A stretch of 64,000 nt of DNA from Rikenellaceae bacterium (lineage in GTDB: Bacteria > Bacteroidota > Bacteroidia > Bacteroidales > Rikenellaceae): the NCBI GenBank assembly GCA_047174765.1, contig JBCQTT010000005.1, positions 7,228 to 71,227 on the forward strand. The letters are read 5' to 3'. The position numbers were made by a program, and so were the translations under genes. Every line of letters begins with the position of its first letter. Within the stretch, counting starts at the first letter, position 1. This document shows, one piece after another, positions 53,501 through 62,555 of this stretch. The notes under the pieces were generated by a model. It searched no databases. It was not told the DNA's origin and was given only the letters and a program-made list of their open reading frames with translations.

Positions 53501-55152
53501 AGCTCGTTTATATCTACATTGAGATGGTACTTTGGCGTTTGCAGCGTATCGAGACTAAAGATGTGCTCCCCCGACGCTGTAAGGTCGAAGTTGATTTGAG
53601 GGTCGCGACTACGTATGTTGAGCCCCTTGACTCCCTCATTGACGATCTCGCCCGACAGAGTTATGTTTTCGTATGAGTCACCCTCCCATCTGAGGTTGTC
53701 GATTGTGCTATCAACTTTGAGTTCACTCCCTCTCCCCGCGATGTTTCCAACAACGTCGAGCCCCATTGATACCGTCTCAAGCTCCTCTCTTCCGATCACC
53801 TTACCTACCTCTACGGAGTCGAGTTTGACCTTTGCGTCGAGCCACAGACCGCTCTCCAAATTTAGAGACACTTCACTTAAGATATCACCTACATCACTGA
53901 TAACCTCTGCATTGAAGTTGAAGTTTCGACTATCTCCATCCAACCATCCGTGTAGGGAGATATCTCCGAGGGCGTCGATCTTTGTCATCATCGACTCCGA
54001 CAAGCCACTCTGCGATATTGACCACTTAAACTGATCTATGTCGGTTGCATTAGTTATCAACTCATTTACTTGGAGCGCTACGGTAGCGTCGTCGACATCG
54101 GGAAGTCCCTCGATATTGATGCTAGCGACGAGATGTGATGCCTCTCCATAATTGACATTGTTGACAGATAGGGTCATATCCTCGATCTTACCCTCAAGGT
54201 CAAATTCGATGTTGGATAGTTGCAGACCCCAATTTCGTAGTGTAGGGACGAAGTATGCCACATCGTCACTCGCCAACTCACCGTCGGTTATCGAGATGTC
54301 GAGGTGTATCAACGAGGTGAAGTATTTATAGTCGCTCCACGAATCGCCTACCAACATTATCCTATCAAAGTCGAGAACGCTCCATCGGCTCTCCAACTTG
54401 GCGTCTTGGATTGTGATAGTGCCATCTGTTAGGTAGAGCTCTCCGGCTATGTTGTTTATTTCGAATCCACTCTTTTCGATGGTTGCGAGGCGTTCGATGA
54501 ATCCGTGGACTACTGGTCCTTCGACTGAGAGTTCTGTTATAGAGCCATTGAGATTATTGAGCTCCATATTGCGAACGTCGACACCGTAGATTGGATTTTG
54601 GTGAGTGAGTTGTTCTATTGTGAGGCGAGCACCCTCCACGACGACATTTGCGATATTCATCGAGAACTGACTCTCACCGCTATTTCTAGGAGATATTAGC
54701 TTGACGATCTGCTTCATATTCATCTCCACCGAACCATCTTCGTTCTCGCGAGCACGCAGATTTACCACCGCACCCTCGATTGTTGAGTTTCCGAGGCGTA
54801 GGTTTTTTGATATTGGGAGGTATCTGTCGATCTGTGTCTCGATACGGTCGAGGTATATGAGGGTGTCGGCTTGAAGGTCACGCACCAAAAGTTGAGATAG
54901 CTCGATACCACCTCGCATCGTGATGTTTATGTGTCCAACTCTCACCTCGGTGTTTAGGTATTGTGACACGTAGGTAGTAGCCCACTTACCGACGAAGTTT
55001 TGAATCGGCGACAACGACAGCAACAAAGAGAGGGTAATCGGCAAAAGAATCAGCAACAAAATTGTCGCCGATGCTATCATTCCCAATATTTTTGTAACTT
55101 TGCGCACTAGAGAGGAGTATTGTGTTTTTTTGAGGGTTTTAATTCCCCTCAC
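50533..55152 (-). CDS. translocation/assembly module TamB-like protein
   Basis: 1539 aa, N-terminal TM anchor, beta-rich repeats, C-terminal DUF490-like region (G.YTI..G.Y.FTL, I.W.G.P..P.LDI.A.Y). Confidence 0.82.
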   Translation of the reverse strand: MRGIKTLKKTQYSSLVRKVTKILGMIASATILLLILLPITLSLLLSLSPIQNFVGKWATTYVSQYLNTEVRVGHINITMRGGIELSQLLVRDLQADTLIYLDRIETQIDRYLPISKNLRLGNSTIEGAVVNLRARENEDGSVEMNMKQIVKLISPRNSGESQFSMNIANVVVEGARLTIEQLTHQNPIYGVDVRNMELNNLNGSITELSVEGPVVHGFIERLATIEKSGFEINNIAGELYLTDGTITIQDAKLESRWSVLDFDRIMLVGDSWSDYKYFTSLIHLDISITDGELASDDVAYFVPTLRNWGLQLSNIEFDLEGKIEDMTLSVNNVNYGEASHLVASINIEGLPDVDDATVALQVNELITNATDIDQFKWSISQSGLSESMMTKIDALGDISLHGWLDGDSRNFNFNAEVISDVGDILSEVSLNLESGLWLDAKVKLDSVEVGKVIGREELETVSMGLDVVGNIAGRGSELKVDSTIDNLRWEGDSYENITLSGEIVNEGVKGLNIRSRDPQINFDLTASGEHIFSLDTLQTPKYHLNVDINELNLTHFRVNRRDTIAFISTSIEGRAEGRDIERCWANLQVDNTLYRYNSDSLQISQIDLSMHSEEGLREAKLSSEFATLEFESPDKVAHIIKFAKNAVAEYLPALYNNVTEESLPSISAEEMESKEATSHLKITTRNLNPIANVFSRGLQIGDDSTLEFTFNPQTYLFDGALRAPYFEQGSTLAIGLDIESSNRGDSLTLHSRIGELFVGTSFIENANLIASARENRIELNSSFINPADSAIANIGLRVDLSNDEIRGREIDLRLRPSTIVRRNEEWNISSRSIIVNKQGVDVEHFKVESRDQLMTLNGRASTSIADTVRMNMRNFDLSIFSTFISQIGYNIEGRTNGEASISALFGAGRFNAEVELDSVSVNTLNAPPMRLQAEWNAKLNRARLILSDRVNGETLIRGYYVPTEVRYYAELKVDSVQMAILDPPLGGVITDTEGYADLSLILQGTRRDAHLNGTITTHNLATTVAYTKSRYTMPNGIIRVYDNLLSTTPTQIVDEKGGKASVQLDVDLKHLSNIWYKIRVVPNNLLVLNTEKKDNDTFYGQIFASGVAEIEGDKSGVKMDITATSNDNSYFFMPLMNKSNISTADFITFVQPVKRDTTSLTQRRRLLMERSNRTRGNNGAMSINLALDIRPNTEVQLVIDPTVGDIIKARGEGRMNMRIEPKSNIFDMYGDYTINEGNYLFTLRNIVNKRFVIDPGSTIQWSGSPINPILDINAIYELKTSLEPLISDESTRAIPVNCIINLSDRLTQPEVSFAIELPTADPEQQQAVANLLNDQEAVSRQFFYLMLANSFIADSATGGTGDLGVSTTAATGFELLTNQLSNWLSSSNYNVVIRYRPESELAGDEVDFGFSKGWVDNRLLVELEGNYIIDNKQAISEDASNFLGEAYITWLIDRAGALKLRGFTQTIDTYDENQGLQETGIGIYYRENFDNFHDLQQKVKARFRASEERLEQREERRAQKALRRKESEEEQELGLSLNE

Positions 55153-55213
55153 ATATAAGTGAGCAAATATACCAATTATTCCTTATTATACGAAAAAAAT
55201 AGCGCACATAATT

Positions 55214-56227
55214 ATGGATTTGACGATTTTAGGTATTGAGAGCTCTTGTGACGACACTTCGGCGGCGGTAATTCGTGGCACGAAGCTACTTTCGAATGTT
55301 ATCGCATCGCAGGCGGTTCACGTAAAGTATGGGGGGGTTATCCCCGAGTTGGCGTCGCGTGCCCACCAGCAGAGTATCATCCCAGTTGTCGACGCGGCAC
55401 TCAAAGATGCAGGTGTCACACCGGCAGATCTCGATGCAATAGCCTTTACACGAGGACCGGGTTTGGTTGGTTCGTTGTTGGTTGGGGTTTCGTTTGCGAA
55501 GGGTCTCGCCATCTCCAACAACATTCCACTCGTGGAGGTGAATCACCTCGAAGGGCATATCTTGTCGCACTTTATCGACATCGAGGGTGAGCAGATCGCC
55601 CATCCGAGCTATCCATTTTTGGCGCTGCTCGTAAGTGGAGGACACTCGCAGATTGTTCGTGTTGACTCGCCTCTTAAGATGGAGATCATCGGACAGACGA
55701 TAGATGATGCCGCGGGGGAGGCGTTCGACAAGTGTGCGAAGGTTATGGGGTTGCCATATCCGGGAGGACCTGTGATTGATAGGTTGGCGAAGGAGGGAGA
55801 CCACAAAGCGTTCCGATTTGCTCGTCCGCAGGTTGCCGATTTGGGCTATTCGTTTTCGGGGCTTAAGACTTCGTTCCTCTATACGCTGCGCGATCAAATG
55901 GCGCTGGATCAGAACTTTATTGAGGATCGAAAAGCGGATTTATGTGCGTCGTTACAATATACGATTTGTGAGATTTTGTTACAGAAGTTGATCCTTGCTT
56001 CGAAACAAACAGGTATTCGTGACATAGCAATTGCGGGGGGTGTATCGGCAAACTCGGGACTGCGTGAGGCGATCACGCGCGAGGGTCGCAAACGCGGTTG
56101 GAGAACATTCCTCCCACCCTTCAAGTTTACGACCGACAACGCCGCGATGATTGCCATCTCGGGACTCTATCGTTATGAAGTAGGAGAATTCTCCTCGCTC
56201 GATGTTGCCCCCGTCGCAAGGTGGTAA
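55214..56227 (+). CDS. tsaD: t6A37 threonylcarbamoyltransferase TsaD
   Basis: GIESSCDDT, HLEGH, VSGGH, DDAAGEAFDK, GGVSAN, TDNAAMIA. Confidence 0.97.
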   Translation: MDLTILGIESSCDDTSAAVIRGTKLLSNVIASQAVHVKYGGVIPELASRAHQQSIIPVVDAALKDAGVTPADLDAIAFTRGPGLVGSLLVGVSFAKGLAISNNIPLVEVNHLEGHILSHFIDIEGEQIAHPSYPFLALLVSGGHSQIVRVDSPLKMEIIGQTIDDAAGEAFDKCAKVMGLPYPGGPVIDRLAKEGDHKAFRFARPQVADLGYSFSGLKTSFLYTLRDQMALDQNFIEDRKADLCASLQYTICEILLQKLILASKQTGIRDIAIAGGVSANSGLREAITREGRKRGWRTFLPPFKFTTDNAAMIAISGLYRYEVGEFSSLDVAPVARW

Positions 56228-56354
56228 AAATACCCTAAAATAGCGCAGAAAGGAACAATTTCTTTCGAAAACTTTGATGCTCTCACCATTTGTTATACCT
56301 TTGCGGTGTCCGCATATGTGTGATACTGTGCGGCGTAACTAAAAAAATGAAGAT

Positions 56355-57440
56355 ATGAAAGCATTAAAAATTGGAAATCTAACGATCCAAATACCAATTA
56401 TTCAGGGTGGTATGGGCGTCGGAATCTCACTCTCGGGGTTGGCATCTGCGGTGGCAAATCAAGGAGGAGTAGGCGTCATCTCAGCTGCTGGATTGGGCGT
56501 AATATACCAAAAACTCTCGCCCGTTTATAACGAGGCTTCAATCCTCGGACTTCGCGAGGAGATCCGCAAGGCTCGCGAGGCAACAAAAGGGGTTATCGGA
56601 GTTAACATTATGGTTGCGATGTCGAACTTTGCCGATATGGTAAAGACCTCGATCGCCGAGAGGGCAGATATCATCTTTTCGGGCGCAGGACTTCCTCTGT
56701 CGTTGCCATCATTCTTGCAGAAAGATAGCACAACAAAGCTAGTACCTATTGTGTCGAGTGGTCGTGCGGCGAAGCTTCTTTGTGAGAAGTGGAAGTCGGG
56801 GTACGACTACACCCCCGATGCGATTGTTGTCGAGGGTCCAAAGGCAGGAGGTCACCTAGGTTATTCGGTCGACCAGATTGACGACGCAGGACACTCGTTG
56901 GAGAGTATCGTACGTGAAGTTGTGTCGGTTGTAAGAGAGTTTGAGTCTAAACACGATTGTCATATCCCCGTTATCGCAGGCGGAGGTATCTATTCGGGTG
57001 CAGATATTTTGTCAATTATGGAGCTTGGTGCAGAGGGTGTGCAGATGGGTACACGCTTTGTGACTACCCACGAGTGCGACGCAGATATCGCATTCAAGCA
57101 GACATACATCGACGCAAAGGAGAGTGACATCGAGATCATTCAAAGCCCCGTGGGGATGCCGGGACGTGCTATTAAGGGTACGTTCTTGGATCGTGTGAAG
57201 CAGGGTATAACAATCCCCAAGAGTTGTCCATTCGACTGTATCAAGACCTGCAAGGTCGATCATAGCCCATACTGTATAATGATTGCACTCTACAATGCGT
57301 TCCGTGGAAAGTTGGAGCGTGGTTATGCCTTTGCGGGTAGCAATGCGTGGCGTGCCAACAAGATCGAGAGTGTGAAGGAGCTCTTTACTTCGCTCAAAGC
57401 GGAGTACGATAGCGCCGTTGCAGCGATCAAAAAAGATTAA
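56355..57440 (+). CDS. nitronate monooxygenase / FabK-like flavoprotein
   Basis: PIIQGGMG, EGPKAGGH, IAGGGI, GVQMGTRF; TACCTTTG promoter at ~56296. Confidence 0.88.
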   Translation: MKALKIGNLTIQIPIIQGGMGVGISLSGLASAVANQGGVGVISAAGLGVIYQKLSPVYNEASILGLREEIRKAREATKGVIGVNIMVAMSNFADMVKTSIAERADIIFSGAGLPLSLPSFLQKDSTTKLVPIVSSGRAAKLLCEKWKSGYDYTPDAIVVEGPKAGGHLGYSVDQIDDAGHSLESIVREVVSVVREFESKHDCHIPVIAGGGIYSGADILSIMELGAEGVQMGTRFVTTHECDADIAFKQTYIDAKESDIEIIQSPVGMPGRAIKGTFLDRVKQGITIPKSCPFDCIKTCKVDHSPYCIMIALYNAFRGKLERGYAFAGSNAWRANKIESVKELFTSLKAEYDSAVAAIKKD

Positions 57441-57447
57441 GGGGGAA

Positions 57448-58407
57448 ATGAAGGAGTTTTGGAGAGTTGCTACGGAGTCCGATTTTCGCTCACTTGCATT
57501 GGAGACGTTTCGTTTTCAGGCGCAGCAACTCGCTCCATATCGCGACTATCTGTCGATGATTGGGTGTAGGGTTGATGCGGTTTGTGAGGTTGAGCAGATA
57601 CCGTTTCTTCCAATAGAACTGTTCAAAACTTCTGACATATATTGTGGCGAGAGAGCTCCCGAGGCGATATTTACCTCTAGCGGAGATATCTTGTCACGCC
57701 ATATGATGCACTCCCTCACCAACTACGAGGAGGCATTTACACGCGGTTTCGAACTCTTCTATGGAGATCCCTCTCAGTGGGGTATCTACGCTCTGTTGCC
57801 GAGTTATCTGGAGCGTGAGGGGTCGTCGTTGATCTATATGGTCGACAGACTTGTTGCGCGCTCCCAAGGGCGTGGAGGGGGATTTTACCTCTATGACCAT
57901 CGGCAGTTGATGGAGGATATGCAGCGTGATGAGCGCCCCAAAATATTGTTGGGGGTGAGCTATGCACTGTTGGATTTGGCGGAGAGCGGAGTGGTTGACG
58001 AGCCTCTTCAGAACACAGTGGTGATGGAGACCGGCGGAATGAAGGGTCGACGCGAGGAGCTCTCGAAGGGGGAGCTTCATCGACGACTCTGTAGAGCGTT
58101 TGGCGTTGAGCAGATCGCTTCGGAGTATGGAATGGCGGAACTTACGTCGCAGGGCTACTCGTCGGGAGGGGGGCTTTTTCGAACTCCACCGTGGATGAGG
58201 GTTCTGATCCGCGACCTAGCTGATCCGTTTGAGATAAAGCGTGGAGGTGAGCGTGGAGGTGTTAACATTATAGATTTGGCATCACGATATTCGTGTGCAT
58301 TTGTTGAGACACAAGATTTGGGACGTGTAACGAGTGAGGGTGAATTTACGATTGAGGGGCGAATTTCGGGCAGCGACATAAGAGGATGCAACCTACTAAT
58401 TGAGTAA
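57448..58407 (+). CDS. LuxE-like acyl-protein synthetase / acyltransferase
   Basis: IPFLPIELFK, FTSSG, METGGMKG, SEYGMAEL, TQDLG, RGCN; ATG 57448. Confidence 0.82.
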   Translation: MKEFWRVATESDFRSLALETFRFQAQQLAPYRDYLSMIGCRVDAVCEVEQIPFLPIELFKTSDIYCGERAPEAIFTSSGDILSRHMMHSLTNYEEAFTRGFELFYGDPSQWGIYALLPSYLEREGSSLIYMVDRLVARSQGRGGGFYLYDHRQLMEDMQRDERPKILLGVSYALLDLAESGVVDEPLQNTVVMETGGMKGRREELSKGELHRRLCRAFGVEQIASEYGMAELTSQGYSSGGGLFRTPPWMRVLIRDLADPFEIKRGGERGGVNIIDLASRYSCAFVETQDLGRVTSEGEFTIEGRISGSDIRGCNLLIE

Positions 58408-58417
58408 ATCAAACTGA

Positions 58418-58581
58418 GAATCTGTTTAAGTTTTTCTCGCTATAATTGCTAAGAGAGATGTTGCTTTGATTTTCTCTCTTTGTATAAGGCGCATAGCGGT
58501 GCCTATGTAACGTAGTGCAAAAAGAGAAAAGTAAAGTGACAGATCCTTAGCAAAATAGATGAGAGAAATTTAAACAGATTC
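58418..58581. mobile_element. MITE family 1, long copy (164 bp), IS5-like ends
   Basis: Perfect 12-bp TIR GAATCTGTTTAA / TTAAACAGATTC, TGA..TGA target duplication, internal palindromes, no transposase. Confidence 0.88.
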
Positions 58582-58587
58582 TGAGTT

Positions 58588-59391
58588 ATGGAGTATAAGG
58601 AGGGTGAGCTGGAGCAGCTGCATATTCATCTGTACGACATATTGTCGCACACTGTTGAGGTGTGCGAAAGGCTCAACATAAACTACACTCTCATTGGAGG
58701 GAGTGCCGTTGGGGCACTCTTTGATGGGGCTATTTTGCCGTGGGATGATGATATCGACCTCGGTATGGAGCGCTCGGAGTATAATCGTTTCATTGCGGAG
58801 GCACCGGCGGCACTTGGTCGAGATTATGTGTTGCAATCTCCCGAGTGTGATTGTGTGACCCCCTACTATTTTGCGAAAGTTCGCAAGCGAGGGACAAGAT
58901 TCGAGGGTGAGGATGAGTTTGGGCTGGAGATGAATCACGGAATATACATAGATATATTTCCGCTCGACAGAGTTCCCGACAATAAGTTCGCCGAAAAGAT
59001 CCATCGGTGGTGTGTAAGGATGTTACATAATAGCTTCGTGGCGACGACAATACCCCTCAAAGAGGGTGGAGAGGTCGCCAAGGCGATTGTTAATATGGTA
59101 GCAAGAGTGGTGGGTAAAAGGCGTTTATATAGATGGTTGGTGAGGGTGCAGTCACACTACAACTCCTGCGACACAAAGTATGTGAGTATAGTAAAGATGC
59201 CGCGAGACCACATCGAACGATCGACACTCAACCCCCCAGATGTGGTTGAGTTTGGGGGTATGAGGGTCAACGCACCCCATAAACTACGTGAGTATTTGGA
59301 GTGGCACTACCCCAATCTGCATCGCGACGTAAAGCCCGAGGAGCAGATTAACCACGCACCGATAAGATTAAATTTCAATGGAGATGAATAA
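58588..59391 (+). CDS. LicD family phosphotransferase
   Basis: GGSAVGA, ILPWDDDIDLGM, GIYIDIFPLD. Confidence 0.9.
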   Translation: MEYKEGELEQLHIHLYDILSHTVEVCERLNINYTLIGGSAVGALFDGAILPWDDDIDLGMERSEYNRFIAEAPAALGRDYVLQSPECDCVTPYYFAKVRKRGTRFEGEDEFGLEMNHGIYIDIFPLDRVPDNKFAEKIHRWCVRMLHNSFVATTIPLKEGGEVAKAIVNMVARVVGKRRLYRWLVRVQSHYNSCDTKYVSIVKMPRDHIERSTLNPPDVVEFGGMRVNAPHKLREYLEWHYPNLHRDVKPEEQINHAPIRLNFNGDE

Positions 59392-60298
59392 TTTTAACCC
59401 AAAAGTATCAATTTTAGTTCCAGTCCATAATGTCGAGAACTGCATTGTGGAGTGTGCGCGATCGCTGTTTCGGCAGAGCTACGCCAATTGTGAGTTTATA
59501 TTTGTCGATGATGGCTCGACAGACTACTCCTACTATCGACTTCGAGATGTGATAGATCTGGAGTTTGAGGAGCTATCATATCGTATTCGCGTCGTTCGAC
59601 ACTCCCGCAATCGAGGTGTTGCCGAGGCGCGCAACACGGCGATGGATTGTGCCGATGGTGATTTTATACTCTTTGTCGATTCAGACGATTGGGTTGACCC
59701 GAAACTTGTCTCGAAACTCATTAGTCAACAGCGAATAAATGATGCCGACCTTGTGTCGACAGATTTCTATCGTGTCAATGGCGACAATACACGCGAAGTT
59801 CGCACCCACTGGATTGGCGACCGCGAGGGGTCACTCAACATTGTTCTGGCACAGAGCTTTGCACTACCCAATAGAGTGTGGTCACTGCTTATTCGCTCGT
59901 CGATGATCTATCGTAACGGTATTCGATTCGAGGGTAGTATCAACTATGGAGAGGATTCGTTGTTGCTTGTGAAGTTACTCTACTTTGCTCGCGAGATCGA
60001 CCACGTAGATAGAGCTCTCTACTTCTATCGCGCCGACTCGGCAGGGTCGTACTCCAACAACCAAACCCGATTGAGTATTCGAAATTATATTCGATCGCAG
60101 TTGATGATTTGGGACTTTATGGCTAGCCGCGATGCTATTATGCGCTATGGCACAGCGTTGATGTTGGGACGAATGAACCTACGTCGATGGTTGTTGATAC
60201 GTCGTGGTGGCGGCGGCTTAGCTGGGTTTGTCTATAGGGCGTGGTGCTGGAGTGTTAATCAAGTTTGGACTATTAGGTGTTGGGTTTCGGGTCTATAG
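59378..60298 (+). CDS. glycosyltransferase family 2
   Basis: VSILVPVHN, VDDGSTD, N.GV..ARN, FVDSDD, GED. Confidence 0.92.
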   Translation: MEMNNFNPKVSILVPVHNVENCIVECARSLFRQSYANCEFIFVDDGSTDYSYYRLRDVIDLEFEELSYRIRVVRHSRNRGVAEARNTAMDCADGDFILFVDSDDWVDPKLVSKLISQQRINDADLVSTDFYRVNGDNTREVRTHWIGDREGSLNIVLAQSFALPNRVWSLLIRSSMIYRNGIRFEGSINYGEDSLLLVKLLYFAREIDHVDRALYFYRADSAGSYSNNQTRLSIRNYIRSQLMIWDFMASRDAIMRYGTALMLGRMNLRRWLLIRRGGGGLAGFVYRAWCWSVNQVWTIRCWVSGL

Positions 60299-60301
60299 GA
60301 G

Positions 60302-60814
60302 GTGGTTATGAATAGGATTGATAGATTGTCGAGATGTGTGGTTGAGTATTACGCTGCATACTCAGTCGACATACACGACGATATACAACATACACAAGAG
60401 GTTGTGTGTTATACGGAGATGATCGCCTCGGGTGAGGGTTTCGAAGCGGTGGATCGCGAGATGCAGATTGCCGCGGCGTGGTTGCACGACATAGGATGCC
60501 CACGCTCGAAGGAGCTCTACGGCAACTCCCTGCCACAGAACCAACAGAGCGTAGGTCGCGAGGTGACAAAGGAGTTGTTACATTCGAAGGGAGATCTGTT
60601 TGGGGAGTCGGAGATAGAGTGGCTCTCGGAGGTTGTCGGGCGTCACCACCAAGCAGGAGATGTTGAAAGTTACAATTTCCGCCCCCTCTTCGAGGCGGAT
60701 TTGATCGTCAACCTACTTTCGAGCTACCATCCACGCGAAAACGCCCCGATGCTCTACGAGAAACTTATGAGAACTCAAACAGGACGCGATATATTTCGGG
60801 TGGTGATAAAGTAG
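60302..60814 (+). CDS. HD domain phosphohydrolase
   Basis: H..HT..V, LHDIG, HH, EAD motifs. Confidence 0.82.
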   Translation: MVMNRIDRLSRCVVEYYAAYSVDIHDDIQHTQEVVCYTEMIASGEGFEAVDREMQIAAAWLHDIGCPRSKELYGNSLPQNQQSVGREVTKELLHSKGDLFGESEIEWLSEVVGRHHQAGDVESYNFRPLFEADLIVNLLSSYHPRENAPMLYEKLMRTQTGRDIFRVVIK

Positions 60815-60819
60815 GCGCT

Positions 60820-61500
60820 ATGGCAAAGAAAAAAAGTAAGGCTGATTTATTTGTAGAACTATCTAAACCCAATGAACAGGGTGTTAGCAGATGGGTCTCC
60901 GTAAGTGAGTTTACGGGGGATTATAAATCATTAGTATTTGGCAATGGTGGTGACTGGGTTAGATCGAAAGTACTTAGTTCAAATGGGAAAAAGTATACTA
61001 TAGAGACACAAAAAGATACAACGAAGCGAGGTAATCCAATAGTTTTTATTAGGTTGAATGGATTTAGTCAAGAAGCTGGTTTTAACCAAAATATTCGTTC
61101 CGACATAAAGAAGCACTATGCAAAACAGAAGTGTGTAATGTTAGGTGTTGCCGGAGTGTCAGAGATAGATCACAAAGATGGTCGCAAGAACGACGAGAGA
61201 GTTTCAAATCCGAAAACGCAAACTTTAGATGATTTTCAACCTCTCTGCAAAGCAGCCAACGATATAAAACGACAAATTTGCAAAAGGTGTAAAGAGACAA
61301 ATAAGCGTTGGGATGCTAAGAATATTAAAGGTAATCCATACTCATTTTATGAGGGGGATATTAATTATACGGAAGAGTTAAAGTGCGTAGGTTGTTATCA
61401 ATATGACCCCGTAGAGTATCGAAAAGAGGCTGTAAGAAAGATAAGTAAAGAGGCTTCTTTATGCTATAGAATATTGCGTTGGTTCACAAAGGCTAAATGA
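60820..61500 (+). CDS. NlaIII/IceA1-like HNH restriction endonuclease (predicted CATG)
   Basis: KPNEQGVSRWV, GNGG.W, IRLNGF, EIDHKDGRK, DFQPLCKAAND.KRQICK, CVGCYQYDPVEYRK match NlaIII as I recall it. Confidence 0.85.
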   Translation: MAKKKSKADLFVELSKPNEQGVSRWVSVSEFTGDYKSLVFGNGGDWVRSKVLSSNGKKYTIETQKDTTKRGNPIVFIRLNGFSQEAGFNQNIRSDIKKHYAKQKCVMLGVAGVSEIDHKDGRKNDERVSNPKTQTLDDFQPLCKAANDIKRQICKRCKETNKRWDAKNIKGNPYSFYEGDINYTEELKCVGCYQYDPVEYRKEAVRKISKEASLCYRILRWFTKAK

Positions 61501-62504
61501 TGAATTACATAGGTTCAAAACATAAGTTACTTCCATTTTTGTCGGATGTAATCAGAGGTGTTGTGGGAGAAGATCTTTCGCAAATGGTTTTTTGTGATCT
61601 ATTTGCAGGCACAGGTGCAGTCGGTCGCAACTTCAAGAGGTCTGTAAAGAGTGTTATCTCCAACGATCTGGAGTACTACAGTTATATCCTAAATCGAAAC
61701 TATATTGGCAATCACACTGAGATCAACGACAAGGAGTATTACATAGATAAATTAAACTCATTAGCTTTGGTTGATGATGGTTTTGTCTATAAAAATTACT
61801 GTCTCGGAGGGGGTGTTGAGCGTCAATACTTCTCCGACCATAACGGAATGAAGATCGACACAATGCGCAAACAGATTGAGGAGTGGAGAGGTTCGATAGG
61901 TGATGATCTATACTACTTTTTGCTCTGTAGTCTGTTGGAGAGTGCCGACCGGTTAGCTAACACTGCATCTGTGTATGGCGCATACCTCAAACACCTAAAG
62001 CAGTCGGCTGCTAAGGAGCTAATCCTCCAACCAGCAACCTACGACCTCAACACAAACTCCCATAGTGTGTATCAAGAGAATGCTAATACTCTGATCGACA
62101 AAGTTGAGGGGGATATTTTGTATCTTGATCCACCCTACAATGCGCGTCAATATGGTGCGAACTACCATCTTCTAAATACGATCGCTGAGTATAAGGAGTT
62201 TACCCCCAAGGGAAAGACGGGACTTCGAAAGTATGAGAGGAGTAAATATTGTAGTCGACGTTCCGTTCTAGGCGAGTTTGATCGTTTGGTTCGGAGTGCC
62301 CAGTTTAGGTATATATTTCTTTCATATAACAATGAGGGGTTGATGTCACCCGATCAAGTCAGATCAATAATGTCGAAATATGGTCGATACGATGTTGCGG
62401 AGCAGACACACCAGCGCTTCAAAGCAGATAAAACAGAGAATCGAAATCACACGGCAAGTTCAACAACAGAGTATGTTCATATATTAGAGAAGAGGCTGCC
62501 CTAA
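61497..62504 (+). CDS. DNA adenine methyltransferase, M.NlaIII/M.HpyI-like
   Basis: MNYIGSK, DLFAGTG.V, ANTASVYGAYLK, YLDPPYN, LSYNNEG; ATGA overlap with the endonuclease. Confidence 0.92.
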   Translation: MMNYIGSKHKLLPFLSDVIRGVVGEDLSQMVFCDLFAGTGAVGRNFKRSVKSVISNDLEYYSYILNRNYIGNHTEINDKEYYIDKLNSLALVDDGFVYKNYCLGGGVERQYFSDHNGMKIDTMRKQIEEWRGSIGDDLYYFLLCSLLESADRLANTASVYGAYLKHLKQSAAKELILQPATYDLNTNSHSVYQENANTLIDKVEGDILYLDPPYNARQYGANYHLLNTIAEYKEFTPKGKTGLRKYERSKYCSRRSVLGEFDRLVRSAQFRYIFLSYNNEGLMSPDQVRSIMSKYGRYDVAEQTHQRFKADKTENRNHTASSTTEYVHILEKRLP

Positions 62505-62529
62505 ACTTGCGTTTTGGACAGCCTCTTTT
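62490..62529. terminator. bidirectional terminator between MTase and fabI
   Basis: AAGAGGCTG...CAGCCTCTT stem plus T tract. Confidence 0.7.
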
Positions 62530-62555
62530 AGCGTTGGAGTTGGTGAGTGCTAGAT

